From the IMG/VR virus record IMGVR_UViG_3300035703_000094, positions 1 through 62,646 of that record: a stretch of DNA of 62,646 nt, one strand, 5' to 3'. The translations under genes were made by a program, and so were the position numbers. The DNA is from a virus (taxonomy: Duplodnaviria > Caudoviricetes). This document shows positions 36,809-46,535 of the stretch, piece by piece (the stretch's first letter is position 1; each line of letters begins with the position of its first letter). The notes under the pieces were generated by a model. The model made no database searches. It had not been told where the DNA came from and saw nothing but the letters and a program-made list of their open reading frames with translations.

Positions 36809-37900
36809 TTATTTTACGCGGCCAGTTAACATACTGGAAAGGGCAGCTGCCCAGTTATTATCCGCAATATGTTTATTAAAAGATTCCTTGTCTGTCTGTC
36901 TACTCCCTTGTACTGTCTGGGCTTTTGCTGCAACCTTGGTTGCGACATTAGCTTTGCGGGCCTCAGCTGCGACTGCTGCCTCTTCTTTCGCTTTGATATT
37001 CATACCTTGTCTAAGACTGTTGGCAACTTCTTCAAACACGCGGCGAGTCATGGCGGGAGTAATTGCCTGCTTACCTTGTTGTTCTTCGATGTTGGAAAGA
37101 ATGTCGATAGCTTCGGACCAGACCGTACGGTCGAGCCTGTCTTCGAGCTGTTCATTACCCAACGTGCCAGCGAATCGGACACGGTCAAACGAAGGGTTGA
37201 CAACGGATTGGAGAGCCGCTTCTTCAGCCGCCGCACGTTCCTTGGCGATAGCTTCCTCTCGTTCCTTGAGACGCTTCGACTCAATGCTGCGTTCTCTCTC
37301 AATCCGGTCAAGCCGTTCGCGGAGTTGAATTTTCTCAAGTTCGTCAGGAGTTGCATCGCGCTTTGCAAGTTCCTTATCAACTTGTTTTTGTAGCCATTCA
37401 GTGTAAGCACCCTGCTTGTTGGCCAGCAAATCTACCAGACCTTCAAGACCTTGAGAAGTATAGGCTTGCTCCACAGCATCCCATGCCGTCTGCACATCCT
37501 TGTATTGTGCTTCCCTTTCTTCCAGGTTCTTGCGAAGTTGGTCTCGCTCGTTTTGCCACTTGCGGGCACCAGCTGCCATCGAGATGGCTTTCTTGATTGC
37601 ATCCTTATTTGCCCAATCAATCTTGATGCGTTTGCGTCCAGTCTCGTCAGTCAAATCGAGGTATTCCACCTCTCCCTGCGCTTCCGGCTGTCCTGCGGAG
37701 CCAGCCACTTGGCCTGACTGCGTCTCGGAGTCAATATCAACTGGCTGGGCACCGCCCTCAGAGTCAATATCGACAGGTGGTACATACGAGTCAGCACTGA
37801 CTGACCCACCATCTGCAGCAGGTTCCGCACCTACGGTGGCTATATCTTCTCCGCCGCCGCCCCACAAGTTTGGAAAAAGATTCTCACTATTACCGGACAT
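36809..37900 (-). CDS. Capsid scaffolding protein
   Basis: Acidic disordered N-terminus plus coiled coil, between portal and capsid. Confidence 0.75.
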   Translation of the reverse strand: MSGNSENLFPNLWGGGGEDIATVGAEPAADGGSVSADSYVPPVDIDSEGGAQPVDIDSETQSGQVAGSAGQPEAQGEVEYLDLTDETGRKRIKIDWANKDAIKKAISMAAGARKWQNERDQLRKNLEEREAQYKDVQTAWDAVEQAYTSQGLEGLVDLLANKQGAYTEWLQKQVDKELAKRDATPDELEKIQLRERLDRIERERSIESKRLKEREEAIAKERAAAEEAALQSVVNPSFDRVRFAGTLGNEQLEDRLDRTVWSEAIDILSNIEEQQGKQAITPAMTRRVFEEVANSLRQGMNIKAKEEAAVAAEARKANVATKVAAKAQTVQGSRQTDKESFNKHIADNNWAAALSSMLTGRVK

Positions 37901-37913
37901 TGCTTTGCTCCTT

Positions 37914-37990
37914 CTACGTCCTATTGGGAGGATAGTAGACTTTGTCCCTTTCGGGTTTAGCGTACGTCCCAGACCACCTGGGATAGTACG
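37914..37990 (-). promoter_or_regulatory. Structured 5' leader of the scaffold gene (twin hairpins)
   Basis: Two hairpins share TAC-TA-TCC...GGA-C-GTA and flank a ccc-GAAA-ggg tetraloop; the second abuts the Shine-Dalgarno. Confidence 0.6.
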
Positions 37991-38007
37991 AATGTGGAAA
38001 TATTAGA

Positions 38008-38226
38008 TTATTTTTTAGGAGGTGTCAACTGATTCTGTTGTTTCTTTTTCAATTCTTCGCTTACCTTCTCTCCAAAAGAAGGTCCAGAGAATTGTGACTC
38101 AATCCATCTTTTCACTTTAGTCATCAGCCCTTCTGACTCTTCTTCATTATTAGTCGGGCCACCAAAAGCGGAAGATATTGATTCTGCTGCTTTCTGTTGT
38201 TCTTCAGTATTCCATTGCTTTGGCAT
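38008..38226 (-). CDS. Small hypothetical protein
   Basis: TAATG overlap with the portal stop; GGAGG Shine-Dalgarno. Confidence 0.7.
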   Translation of the reverse strand: MPKQWNTEEQQKAAESISSAFGGPTNNEEESEGLMTKVKRWIESQFSGPSFGEKVSEELKKKQQNQLTPPKK

Positions 38227-40169
38227 TAGGCTGGTCCTCCGGGTGGTGGTGGCATGCCTGGCATACCGGGTGGCGGTGCTGCTGCGGCTGTTTTTGTTGC
38301 TTGCATTTCTTCACGGGCTTTGATGTGTTTCTTAATCAACTCTTTATGAATAGGATTCAGGTACTTAAATTCTGCGGTCATGATATAGATATAAGCAAAT
38401 GCAAGCATATTGATGTGGTCATCCAATTCCTCTGGCTCAATGTAGACACCTTTGATACGCATTTCTTCAAAGATTTCACGTTGACGAGTTTCTGCCAGTT
38501 CAATATGGTCGTAGGCGTTTTCCAATTCATTCAGTTTTAGTAATTGTAGCATCTTGCGTGGCTGCACACCTGCCTGCTGAAAGAGGGGCATCATCTGCAG
38601 AATCTCTTCACGGCGAGTCATTGGGTCAAGCGAGAGGGATGCACCATATTCGACAACCAGGTCAAATCCCGATGCAATGTCGGCACCGGAGATGTTCATT
38701 GACTCAAAGGCTTTCTCTTTACCAAGCACTTTAATGGTACGAGTCTCTTTCCAATTCTCTGCGACAATCTGTAGATAGGTCTTATAGACCCACTCAACGA
38801 CGGCAATATCCTTATTAAAGAGACGCTTACGAATCATGTTAGATTGCTGTGTTGCGTACTGCAGAGAGAAGCCTGAAGTCTCACGCTGCATGTTACCCAT
38901 CACGGCATCATTGATACCGAACACGTCGTCGATACCGCGCTCCATCCGGTCGCCGATGTTAGGCAAAGCCGATGGCATAGGTACGGGTTCCATGAAGCTG
39001 GGAGGAATGGAGCCTGTATATTTGATAACATCCCAGGTCGAGTTTGTGATGGATTCATCTGCAATCTCTGCTGACTCTGGCATAATGATACGTGCAACAC
39101 CGTGAGCTTGCAAGATGTCGAGCATTACGGTATCCACGCGGTTCTTTGCATCCTGCATTGCAGAAGCATAGGCGACAACACTCATGCCCCAGTAAGTGCC
39201 GGGAACGTCAATATCTGTAAGAATCTTGTAGGGAAGATAGGCACGTGTAGGTCCTGGCTTACCGCCCTTCAGCTTCTGTGTAAAGCGGTGCGGGCTAACT
39301 GTCAATGCTGTGAGCTGTGTCCCGTCTTCGAGGCACCAGCAATAACGTCCCTGCATACCATTCATTGGTGTGCCTGTTTCCCAGTACTGATAGCATTTGA
39401 CTGAATCGTAGCGATACTTGTTGGCTACAGCTGAGGAGGTACTCTGGTATTCTTCGATGTCTGTCTCGTATCCCTTTTGTCTTACGCGCTCAAGTACTTC
39501 CAGTTTGTCCGGGAATAGGTAAACTGCTTCCTCATAACGTAGGTCGATTTCTTCAAAGACATAGGAGACTTCTTCCCAGGTCGTAGCGTCTGCGTCAGGA
39601 TAGATTTTCCAGACAGAAGGTACGGTAAATTCAAAGTCACCGCTCATGACGACTTCTTCTGTTTCCGGGTCGTAATCTGAAATTTCGCCCTTCATTGTAT
39701 TGAAGAAACACTTGGCAAATCCTGAACCATAAATGAGAGTTTCAAGGTTAAGTTGGTCTTTACGTTCAGCCATCTGGTAATGCCGGATACCATAGCGCAC
39801 AAGTCTGTCCGCTGCATCGGCTGCATAGCGGTCATTGGGGTCTGCACTTGTTGGTTTAGGAATAACAGTAGGCGGGTTAGCTGACATCTGGCTATGGATG
39901 AAACGTAGATTCTTCATCGTGCGATTGATGGAGATGTCTGCCTGCGTCATATCTTGTTGATAAGCGGCAGCTTCGCCATCGGTACTAAAGGAAAGCGATA
40001 CGTCTGAATTCTGGATACCAGAGGAACGAGTGGCGTAAACTGTACGCTCATTCTCTTCCCACTGCTTTTCGTAACGAGCACGTGCTTGCCTAGAGAACTG
40101 CAATCTCTTGGCTAGTTCTTTCTTTATCTGGTCCTCGTTGGTCCACCACTGCAAGCGAACTTTACTCAT
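38226..40169 (-). CDS. Portal protein
   Basis: 647 aa; PPTVIPKP, LIYGSGFAK, IYPDADA; Pro-rich C-terminus; follows the terminase. Confidence 0.88.
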   Translation of the reverse strand: MSKVRLQWWTNEDQIKKELAKRLQFSRQARARYEKQWEENERTVYATRSSGIQNSDVSLSFSTDGEAAAYQQDMTQADISINRTMKNLRFIHSQMSANPPTVIPKPTSADPNDRYAADAADRLVRYGIRHYQMAERKDQLNLETLIYGSGFAKCFFNTMKGEISDYDPETEEVVMSGDFEFTVPSVWKIYPDADATTWEEVSYVFEEIDLRYEEAVYLFPDKLEVLERVRQKGYETDIEEYQSTSSAVANKYRYDSVKCYQYWETGTPMNGMQGRYCWCLEDGTQLTALTVSPHRFTQKLKGGKPGPTRAYLPYKILTDIDVPGTYWGMSVVAYASAMQDAKNRVDTVMLDILQAHGVARIIMPESAEIADESITNSTWDVIKYTGSIPPSFMEPVPMPSALPNIGDRMERGIDDVFGINDAVMGNMQRETSGFSLQYATQQSNMIRKRLFNKDIAVVEWVYKTYLQIVAENWKETRTIKVLGKEKAFESMNISGADIASGFDLVVEYGASLSLDPMTRREEILQMMPLFQQAGVQPRKMLQLLKLNELENAYDHIELAETRQREIFEEMRIKGVYIEPEELDDHINMLAFAYIYIMTAEFKYLNPIHKELIKKHIKAREEMQATKTAAAAPPPGMPGMPPPPGGPA

Positions 40170-40507
40170 TTACGGCCTCCATTATAGGCTCTTAGTAAGG
40201 CTTCTCTTCTTTTTCTGTAGGCTTGCTGGATTTCTTCGATGCGCCCTTTTTGGCCGGCATTGGGAGGCGACGGACGGAAGCGATTGTCACCATCACGCCT
40301 TTGCCACCCTCTTTGCGTTTCTTTTTGCAGGTCTCGCAACCGCATCCGTTGTCCATCTCGTGACCCCTTGCTTATTTTTAGATTACGTTTTGCTCGCTCT
40401 ACGAAGGCGCGTGATGAACGCTCAATACGTAGAGCCTTTAACCATAAAGCACCCGCAAGGCACAGTATCATAAGAGAAAAGATGTAGCAAGCTACCAACG
40501 TCCCCAT
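40166..40507 (-). CDS. Membrane-anchored basic protein
   Basis: N-terminal transmembrane helix; fills the gap between terminase and portal. Confidence 0.55.
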   Translation of the reverse strand: MGTLVACYIFSLMILCLAGALWLKALRIERSSRAFVERAKRNLKISKGSRDGQRMRLRDLQKETQRGWQRRDGDNRFRPSPPNAGQKGRIEEIQQAYRKRREALLRAYNGGRK

Positions 40508-41970
40508 GGTTTACCCCATACTCCCTTGCGAGTTTTAACTCCGCGAAATCCTCGTACTTTGTTTTGACTAGATTGTTTCGCTTCGTATGCCTGCTCTTTG
40601 CGGGCATGGTGAGCTTGACGCATATCGGTCCAATAGTCAACAGGACTTGTGTATCCCTCGTACTTTGGTTTCATTTCGTTGAAGTAAACTGCAGAGTCGT
40701 GCAAGTGGTACTTGGAACTCTTGGCAATTTTCTGGTCTTCTGAGTTTGACCATTGCATGGTGGTAAGTTCGGCTATCAGCTCGTGGCACCAGGGTGCGAT
40801 AAATAGAGTCTGCCCTAGACAAAGCTGAAGATTCTTCATCATCTCAAGTTTGCGATTCGATTTATGCACAATAGGCATGTAGCGCATACCCAACTTAGCA
40901 GCTGCACCCTCATACCAAGGAGCCGCTGAGTCATAGATTCTTCGTACTATGTTGTAACCCATAGTCTTTTGCTTTACGACCGCTGCGTAATCTGCCGTAT
41001 CACGCAGGCCAGACAAGTACTCTGCCTTGACGCAGTACCAATGTCCTGTATTCGGGTCTTCAGCCCAGACAGTCATGCCGTGGGCAGTGGTGATGGCAGG
41101 GTCAGAGGACTCTACGTGACGCCAGCCTGGACTATAGTTATCCGGGGCTGCGACCATGACTTGTGGGTCGAAGAAGTAGACAGCACTCTCGGCGCTCATC
41201 CACTCACCTTCGAGACGACAACGTCGAATATGCTCAGGGTAGAGATTCATTTCCTGCAGAATCAATGCCTGCTTATCGGGCGTATAGACCGGATTGTCGA
41301 ACATGTGAATCTTGAACATCTGTCCTTGTGCTTCTGGCAAGTTGTCGCAGAAGGAACGTATCTCATTATTGACAATGAGGGGAGTAAAGGTAGCCCAGAA
41401 GTAGCCTTGGTTCTTTTGGATACGACGCAAGGATTCGTTGAAAAGGTCAATAGAGTTAGGCATTTCATCAATCCATACAGCATGTGCTGTATATGACTGG
41501 ATGCGTTCACGCGCCTGGTTGACGTTCTCGTAGGATTGAAACAGGAGCGTATTGCCTGTAGGCTTATGTATTACTTTCTGTAGAATATTACCTGCCCGAA
41601 ACTCGTGTAGCTCAGATGGGTCAAGGTAGCTTTTGATACGGTAGTAGAGCGATTCCTCGATAATCTTTCCAGTCTTACCGAGTACAAGAATTTGTAAACG
41701 CTCTGTGCCCCACTCTGCAGGACGGGTCCAGGTTGGGTGTGTCTCGCTGAGCATCCAGCTGAAAGTACGAGCACCGAGGGTAGTCTTCGAGGACTGATTA
41801 CCTCCGCGTACTACAGTAATCTTGTTATGACCAAAGGAGTCAAGAATAGCTTGTTGTTTTGGAGAAGGCTTGGCTGCAAGATTATTTGGGTCAATGGCAG
41901 CTGCCTGCTCCAGCCTATTCAGCCGGCGCAGGGCAAGTGCCATCTTCTTCAAATGCAAATCATTACTCAT
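40492..41970 (-). CDS. terL: Terminase large subunit
   Basis: Walker A GGNQSSKT, Walker B VWIDE, TFTP, DNP, nuclease acidic residues (SDPA, HLHDS). Confidence 0.92.
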   Translation of the reverse strand: MSNDLHLKKMALALRRLNRLEQAAAIDPNNLAAKPSPKQQAILDSFGHNKITVVRGGNQSSKTTLGARTFSWMLSETHPTWTRPAEWGTERLQILVLGKTGKIIEESLYYRIKSYLDPSELHEFRAGNILQKVIHKPTGNTLLFQSYENVNQARERIQSYTAHAVWIDEMPNSIDLFNESLRRIQKNQGYFWATFTPLIVNNEIRSFCDNLPEAQGQMFKIHMFDNPVYTPDKQALILQEMNLYPEHIRRCRLEGEWMSAESAVYFFDPQVMVAAPDNYSPGWRHVESSDPAITTAHGMTVWAEDPNTGHWYCVKAEYLSGLRDTADYAAVVKQKTMGYNIVRRIYDSAAPWYEGAAAKLGMRYMPIVHKSNRKLEMMKNLQLCLGQTLFIAPWCHELIAELTTMQWSNSEDQKIAKSSKYHLHDSAVYFNEMKPKYEGYTSPVDYWTDMRQAHHARKEQAYEAKQSSQNKVRGFRGVKTRKGVWGKPWGRW

Positions 41971-42169
41971 CTTTGTCTAACTCGCTAGAGTTAACTACTC
42001 GTACTATCGGTGGCAAAATCAATAAGCATAGAACTACGAGAGCCAGAATAACAGGAGCAGAAAAAGACACAACGGAATGAATATATCCCAGGGTAACACC
42101 TGCGCCAATCCAATGAATGATGGAGGTAAGATAGATAAGCACATGTCTTTGTTCAGGTTCTTTGCTCAT
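41963..42169 (-). CDS. Small protein with two transmembrane helices
   Basis: Two hydrophobic helices; GAGG Shine-Dalgarno. Confidence 0.65.
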   Translation of the reverse strand: MSKEPEQRHVLIYLTSIIHWIGAGVTLGYIHSVVSFSAPVILALVVLCLLILPPIVRVVNSSELDKDE

Positions 42170-42185
42170 CTATCTGTCCTCGTGG

Positions 42186-44033
42186 TTAAAGAATAGAGCA
42201 CTTGTCTCCTTCGCATCCAGAAGTTTGTGCGCGAAGGTCATGTTTCTGCTCATACTGTACTTCACTTAGGTCCAGTTCGCAACTCAATACTTTGCCAAGC
42301 AATTCTTCGTAACGCTCCTTGCTGATAGCTTCGTAAGGTGCCTGAACGTAGGTGTTCTCATCGAGCGGAAGTAAAGAGATACCTGCGTATGAGTCGCGGT
42401 TATTCCACATCCATACGTCCAAATCCTTCTGGTCTTGCTCACCACGATAGTAACAGGTTAAGGACACATTGTGCATATTAGGTCCACGGTCATGCCCTGG
42501 TTTAATCCAGTTTTCCTGAATATATTTAGCACGTTCAAGCTGCTCAATACATGATTCTTTACTGGCGACGATACCTGGCATTTGAATAGGTAAAGCGATG
42601 CAATTGAGACTTGGTTGAAATTCGTCCGTTTCGACTAATTCGCTGGGCAGTGAATTTGAAAGATAGACTGCGAGTGGGTCATCCTTGGCAATACGCACGC
42701 GACGCAGGTAATAAGGCGCGTAGGCACCGTGAATGCCTGCGGTGGTACCCAACACTGTCGAGGTAGTTCCAGAGGGCTTGGTAGTCGTAATACGGGCTGC
42801 GTGATTGATGCCTAGTTCGTGAGCCAATTCTTTGTTCCACAGACGAGTCATGTCAGCAATCTCTGCAAGGTCCCATCTTTTGAGATTCTCCCAGTTCTGT
42901 GCCTGTCCTGTGATGGATACACCGAGCAAAGCATCTTGTTCTGCAATCTGTTTCCAGCGTGGTTTGACGTAGTTGAAGTTGGTCAGAGCTGCCTGGAAGG
43001 TACCAAGCACAGTGGCATAATAAGCGGCCTGAGCAAAGTCAAATTCATTCTCGCAGACGGCTGCATTGATTTCTGTCAGGTTGCAAAGTCCCTGAGATTG
43101 CAGACTAATCTCAGCGCAAGGGTTGGTTCCGTAGTCTGGGTCATTGGTCCAGAAGACTCCTGGCTCTCCTGCCTTGGATTCGAGGCATGCACGCAGTGTA
43201 TCTCTGAAGTGTATGTAGTTTGACTTGCCGCGAATAAGAACTGCTGAGTTATTTGCGCGAGCACGTTGTGGAGCGCGTTGCCACCATGCCCCGCTCTTGG
43301 AAAGAAGCATCTCCTCCTCATCTTGGTCAAAGAGGGAAATAAGAGCTGCGCGACGTACACCGCCTACAACGACTACGTCTGCAATGTAGCAGACCACATC
43401 GTGGACTTCGATGGGGCGGAGTTTACGTCCCTCTGCACCGCGAAGGATGCGGCGAATATTCTCGTGCGCAGTACGCAGTGACTCAGGACCGCTGGCTGTA
43501 CCTCCGGTAGAGAGGCGGGTACCGGCTGCACGAATCTGCGAGTAGTCAAATTTAATATTTGGATTTTCCAGCAGAACTTGTACTGACTCAGCCCAAGCCT
43601 CACGCGAGTCGCCTACTAGAGCGAAGGCAAGTTCCTCGGACTCCTGCTTTGCGATTGTAGGAAGTTGACTAATATGAGAGCGTTGCACAGAGAAGCCAAC
43701 ACCCGTACCATTCATAAGAATGTAAAAAATATCCGAAATGTCTTTAAAGTCTTTTATAGCGACAAAAGAACAATTGTAAGCACGCATATTTTCACGGGAA
43801 AGTCCCTCACCTGCAAATTGCAGCATACGCATACTGGGTACAATCATTCGGCTTTTTACGTAGGAACAAGCACGGCCAATAAGGTCGTGATGTTGTGAAG
43901 AAAACTGGTCAATCATGAATTGCTCGTAGCGTTCAACAACTTGATTCCAGCTTTCTTTTTTTCCTGAAGGGAGAACTTGGCTGTAGGTTCTGTAGAAGGC
44001 CAAGTCGGAAAGAATCTGTGCGGTCCTTTGCAT
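42186..44033 (-). CDS. nrdJ: Class II (adenosylcobalamin) ribonucleotide reductase, monomeric type
   Basis: RTYS, PSMR, YNC, GTGVGF, GGVRRAA, GEPG, TNPCAEI, CNLTE, KPSGT, C-terminal CEGDKC; no beta subunit in the genome. Confidence 0.93.
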   Translation of the reverse strand: MQRTAQILSDLAFYRTYSQVLPSGKKESWNQVVERYEQFMIDQFSSQHHDLIGRACSYVKSRMIVPSMRMLQFAGEGLSRENMRAYNCSFVAIKDFKDISDIFYILMNGTGVGFSVQRSHISQLPTIAKQESEELAFALVGDSREAWAESVQVLLENPNIKFDYSQIRAAGTRLSTGGTASGPESLRTAHENIRRILRGAEGRKLRPIEVHDVVCYIADVVVVGGVRRAALISLFDQDEEEMLLSKSGAWWQRAPQRARANNSAVLIRGKSNYIHFRDTLRACLESKAGEPGVFWTNDPDYGTNPCAEISLQSQGLCNLTEINAAVCENEFDFAQAAYYATVLGTFQAALTNFNYVKPRWKQIAEQDALLGVSITGQAQNWENLKRWDLAEIADMTRLWNKELAHELGINHAARITTTKPSGTTSTVLGTTAGIHGAYAPYYLRRVRIAKDDPLAVYLSNSLPSELVETDEFQPSLNCIALPIQMPGIVASKESCIEQLERAKYIQENWIKPGHDRGPNMHNVSLTCYYRGEQDQKDLDVWMWNNRDSYAGISLLPLDENTYVQAPYEAISKERYEELLGKVLSCELDLSEVQYEQKHDLRAQTSGCEGDKCSIL

Positions 44034-44076
44034 GGGTATCCTCCGTCCAACTCCGTGAAATCAGAGTGGTTTTAGG

Positions 44077-44105
44077 AGTATATCACCTGCTGACCAGGTG
44101 GTCAA
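44077..44105 (-). promoter_or_regulatory. Sigma70 promoter of the nrdJ/head operon with a palindrome in the spacer
   Basis: TTGACC-17-TATACT; CACCTG-N5-CAGGTG at 44084-44100. Confidence 0.7.
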
Positions 44106-44117
44106 GTCCGCTTTCTG

Positions 44118-44149
44118 AAAAAAGAAAAAGCCCTGCATTTCTGCAGGGC
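44118..44149 (-). terminator. Intrinsic terminator
   Basis: gccctgca-GAAA-tgcagggc followed by a long T tract on the minus strand. Confidence 0.85.
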
Positions 44150-44170
44150 CACGCTTTCGGAAGTAACGAA

Positions 44171-45538
44171 TTACTTCACAAGGTATTGAACTCTCAATAC
44201 ATCATCAGCCTCAAGTGCCAATGTACCGCCGGGCAACAAGTCTCCTGCAAAGGTCAACACAGGGTAACCAGAGCCGTTTGTGCTAATTGTAAAGTCTTCG
44301 CCTGCGAACAGACCAAGGCGTCCAATGTGTGCAACAACCGAGCCAGGCATAAGTGTTTTGTGAGCAAGAGTCACAGAACCAGCCGAGATAATTCCGGAAG
44401 TAATCGTGAACTTCTCTTGCTTAGAAGCCAATGCCTCAAAAGAAGCCTGAGAGAGTTTGCGAACCTTCAACGAAACTTTGCGTTTGATGCTAGGGCTATA
44501 GACACCGACAGCTTCGGCAACAAACTGACAGTTACCAATTGCTGTACCAGAATCAGAACCAAACACTGCTGTCAAGATTCTTTCATCTTCAGCCAAAGGA
44601 CCGACAGGTGCGCTAGGAGCACCTGCAGTTACCATCGCCAAACGAGGCAACTCAGGGTGAACTTTAGGGTCAGTACCGAAGTATATCAAATACTTCTTAC
44701 CAGCAACAACTGAAGCACTTGGGTCTACGATGAAGACTTTACGTGAACGATACCAGCTTGCAGCGTTTCCAGAAGCGCCAGGCACTGTATAGAGACCCAG
44801 GTGAGGTTTACTAACCAAGCTGTCAAAAGTGACAATGGCATAGGCGCTGAAGTTGCCTAGAGTAATATTCTCTGCGGCACCATCAAAGAAGTACCAGTTC
44901 ACTTTGTTTGCGGCTGTATTTACTGGTCCAGCATTCTTGAAATACCAACCTTCACGATGGCTAGGGTCTTGGCTAGGAGCAGAAGCATCCGCATAGACGG
45001 CTGCGTTGTTCTCGAACACAGTAGTCTGTTCGGTGCTGTCGATGATGTCCATAACATCGAGGCGAGACTCGTGAGCGGCTACATCAATTTCAACTGCATC
45101 AACTTCACCCTGAACTACGGCAATGTTATTTGCTACAGTTGTGGCAAAGTTTGGGTCAGAGCCAAGTGCGTCAGAAAGTTCCTTGAGCGTGTCAAGTACT
45201 GCAGGAGCAGAGTTGACAAGGTCAGCAATCTTCTGGTCAGCATAGGATTGTGCCGAGGACAAAGTCGCGGCGTCACCAGCTGCACGTGCGGATTCTTCGG
45301 CATCAATCTCAGCCTGGAGAGCTGCTTCTGCTGCCTGTGCTCTTGTTTGCTCTGCTGTAACATCGGACTTAAAGGCGGCCTCAGAACCTTTGAGGAGAAC
45401 CTTATCGTCGCCATCCAACTTAATAAGCTCTACAGAACTACCGTCCTGCTTGGTGCCACGCAGGGCTTCGTCCTTCTTTAGTTTAATCTTGGAACCATCT
45501 ACTGCATCTGATGCAATAAATTTACTCTTAATCTGCAT
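44171..45538 (-). CDS. Fibre-like virion protein (head or tail fibre)
   Basis: E..RA.AAE coiled-coil repeats; LVNSAPAVLDTLKELSDALG.DPNFATT; C-terminal domain shared with 45595-45957. Confidence 0.75.
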   Translation of the reverse strand: MQIKSKFIASDAVDGSKIKLKKDEALRGTKQDGSSVELIKLDGDDKVLLKGSEAAFKSDVTAEQTRAQAAEAALQAEIDAEESARAAGDAATLSSAQSYADQKIADLVNSAPAVLDTLKELSDALGSDPNFATTVANNIAVVQGEVDAVEIDVAAHESRLDVMDIIDSTEQTTVFENNAAVYADASAPSQDPSHREGWYFKNAGPVNTAANKVNWYFFDGAAENITLGNFSAYAIVTFDSLVSKPHLGLYTVPGASGNAASWYRSRKVFIVDPSASVVAGKKYLIYFGTDPKVHPELPRLAMVTAGAPSAPVGPLAEDERILTAVFGSDSGTAIGNCQFVAEAVGVYSPSIKRKVSLKVRKLSQASFEALASKQEKFTITSGIISAGSVTLAHKTLMPGSVVAHIGRLGLFAGEDFTISTNGSGYPVLTFAGDLLPGGTLALEADDVLRVQYLVK

Positions 45539-45594
45539 ACTAGGTATCTCCTATTGCCGGCGAATTCCGGCACAGGGAATTTACTACGGAAGGA

Positions 45595-45957
45595 TTAGAC
45601 TGTCCAGTACAGTACGTGAATGTTGTCGCCATTTGACGGCGCTTCTGGCTGGTTTGTCGCAAAGTTGCCAGCAAATGTGATGCGTACTTTTCCAGCTACA
45701 GTGCTGATTGTGTAGTCTAGGTCAGGGAAGAGTGCAAGCCTGTCAACAAAGACGCTGGTCGCGTTCGGAACAACCTCAGAGACGGGCAATTCTATGTAGC
45801 CATTAGTCACATCTTGTGTGGTCAAAACAAAGTTAAGGCGGTTAGCTTGAAGGCTAAGACCGGCCTGGAGGATGGCATCACGTACATTCTTGGCAGTAAA
45901 GCGAGTACCGCTAGGGTCGAACGGAATACTGCGAGCTGTAGGAGAGATTCTAAGCAT
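45595..45957 (-). CDS. Structural protein sharing a domain with the C-terminus of 44171-45538
   Basis: RLALF...DYTIST.....ITFAG......D...V.Y in both proteins. Confidence 0.7.
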   Translation of the reverse strand: MLRISPTARSIPFDPSGTRFTAKNVRDAILQAGLSLQANRLNFVLTTQDVTNGYIELPVSEVVPNATSVFVDRLALFPDLDYTISTVAGKVRITFAGNFATNQPEAPSNGDNIHVLYWTV

Positions 45958-46265
45958 CAGCCTAACTCCTGTACTACCACTACATTGTTTGCCTGTGCAG
46001 CCACAATGTAGACACCTAAATTACCGAGTGGAATGTCGATGCTTTGGTCTACAAACAAAGGTCTGCCATTAGCTGTAGTGACTCCATCCGGGCCTACGTA
46101 GACTGTGTTTGGTCCGTAGTTATGTATGCTCACGAATTGTCTATTAGCAAGGCGTTCTACACCTACCTTAGCTTCGACAAGAGATGTGCCGACAGTCACA
46201 GTACCTGTAACGTATACGGATTCGTTTACGTCAATACGGTCAGATGATTCGATGATGCCACTCAT
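45957..46265 (-). CDS. Beta-sandwich decoration-like protein (paralog 1)
   Basis: VTVGT...LANRQ...IHN.GPNTVYVG...VTTANG. Confidence 0.65.
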   Translation of the reverse strand: MSGIIESSDRIDVNESVYVTGTVTVGTSLVEAKVGVERLANRQFVSIHNYGPNTVYVGPDGVTTANGRPLFVDQSIDIPLGNLGVYIVAAQANNVVVVQELG

Positions 46266-46459
46266 TTAGCCACCTTCTTTTGTTGTTGTGGCAACTCTTC
46301 GGCGTTCTTAATGCGTTCTGCCAACTTAGAAAGACCTGTCAAAATCTGTGCTGCACCGACTACCTCTTGGCCGTCTAATTGAAAAGTTGCTTTATTGATA
46401 AGGGTAGCAACGGAGGAAAGCAGCTTTTGGTCTTGTTCATCGACGACAATGTAACGCAT
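46262..46459 (-). CDS. Small hypothetical protein
   Basis: AGGAGG Shine-Dalgarno; own promoter candidate upstream. Confidence 0.7.
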   Translation of the reverse strand: MRYIVVDEQDQKLLSSVATLINKATFQLDGQEVVGAAQILTGLSKLAERIKNAEELPQQQKKVAK

Positions 46460-46473
46460 TTGTCAGCCTCCTA

Positions 46474-46518
46474 TATGGTTACGGAGCCTAGCTTAGCTAG
46501 ACTCCGCGCCATAGTCAA
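46474..46518 (-). promoter_or_regulatory. Sigma70-like promoter embedded in a long inverted repeat
   Basis: TTGACT-17-TAAGCT; cggagtctagc-taa-gctaggctccg is centred on the -10. Confidence 0.5.
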
Positions 46519-46535
46519 GGACTTTTAGGTGCTAA

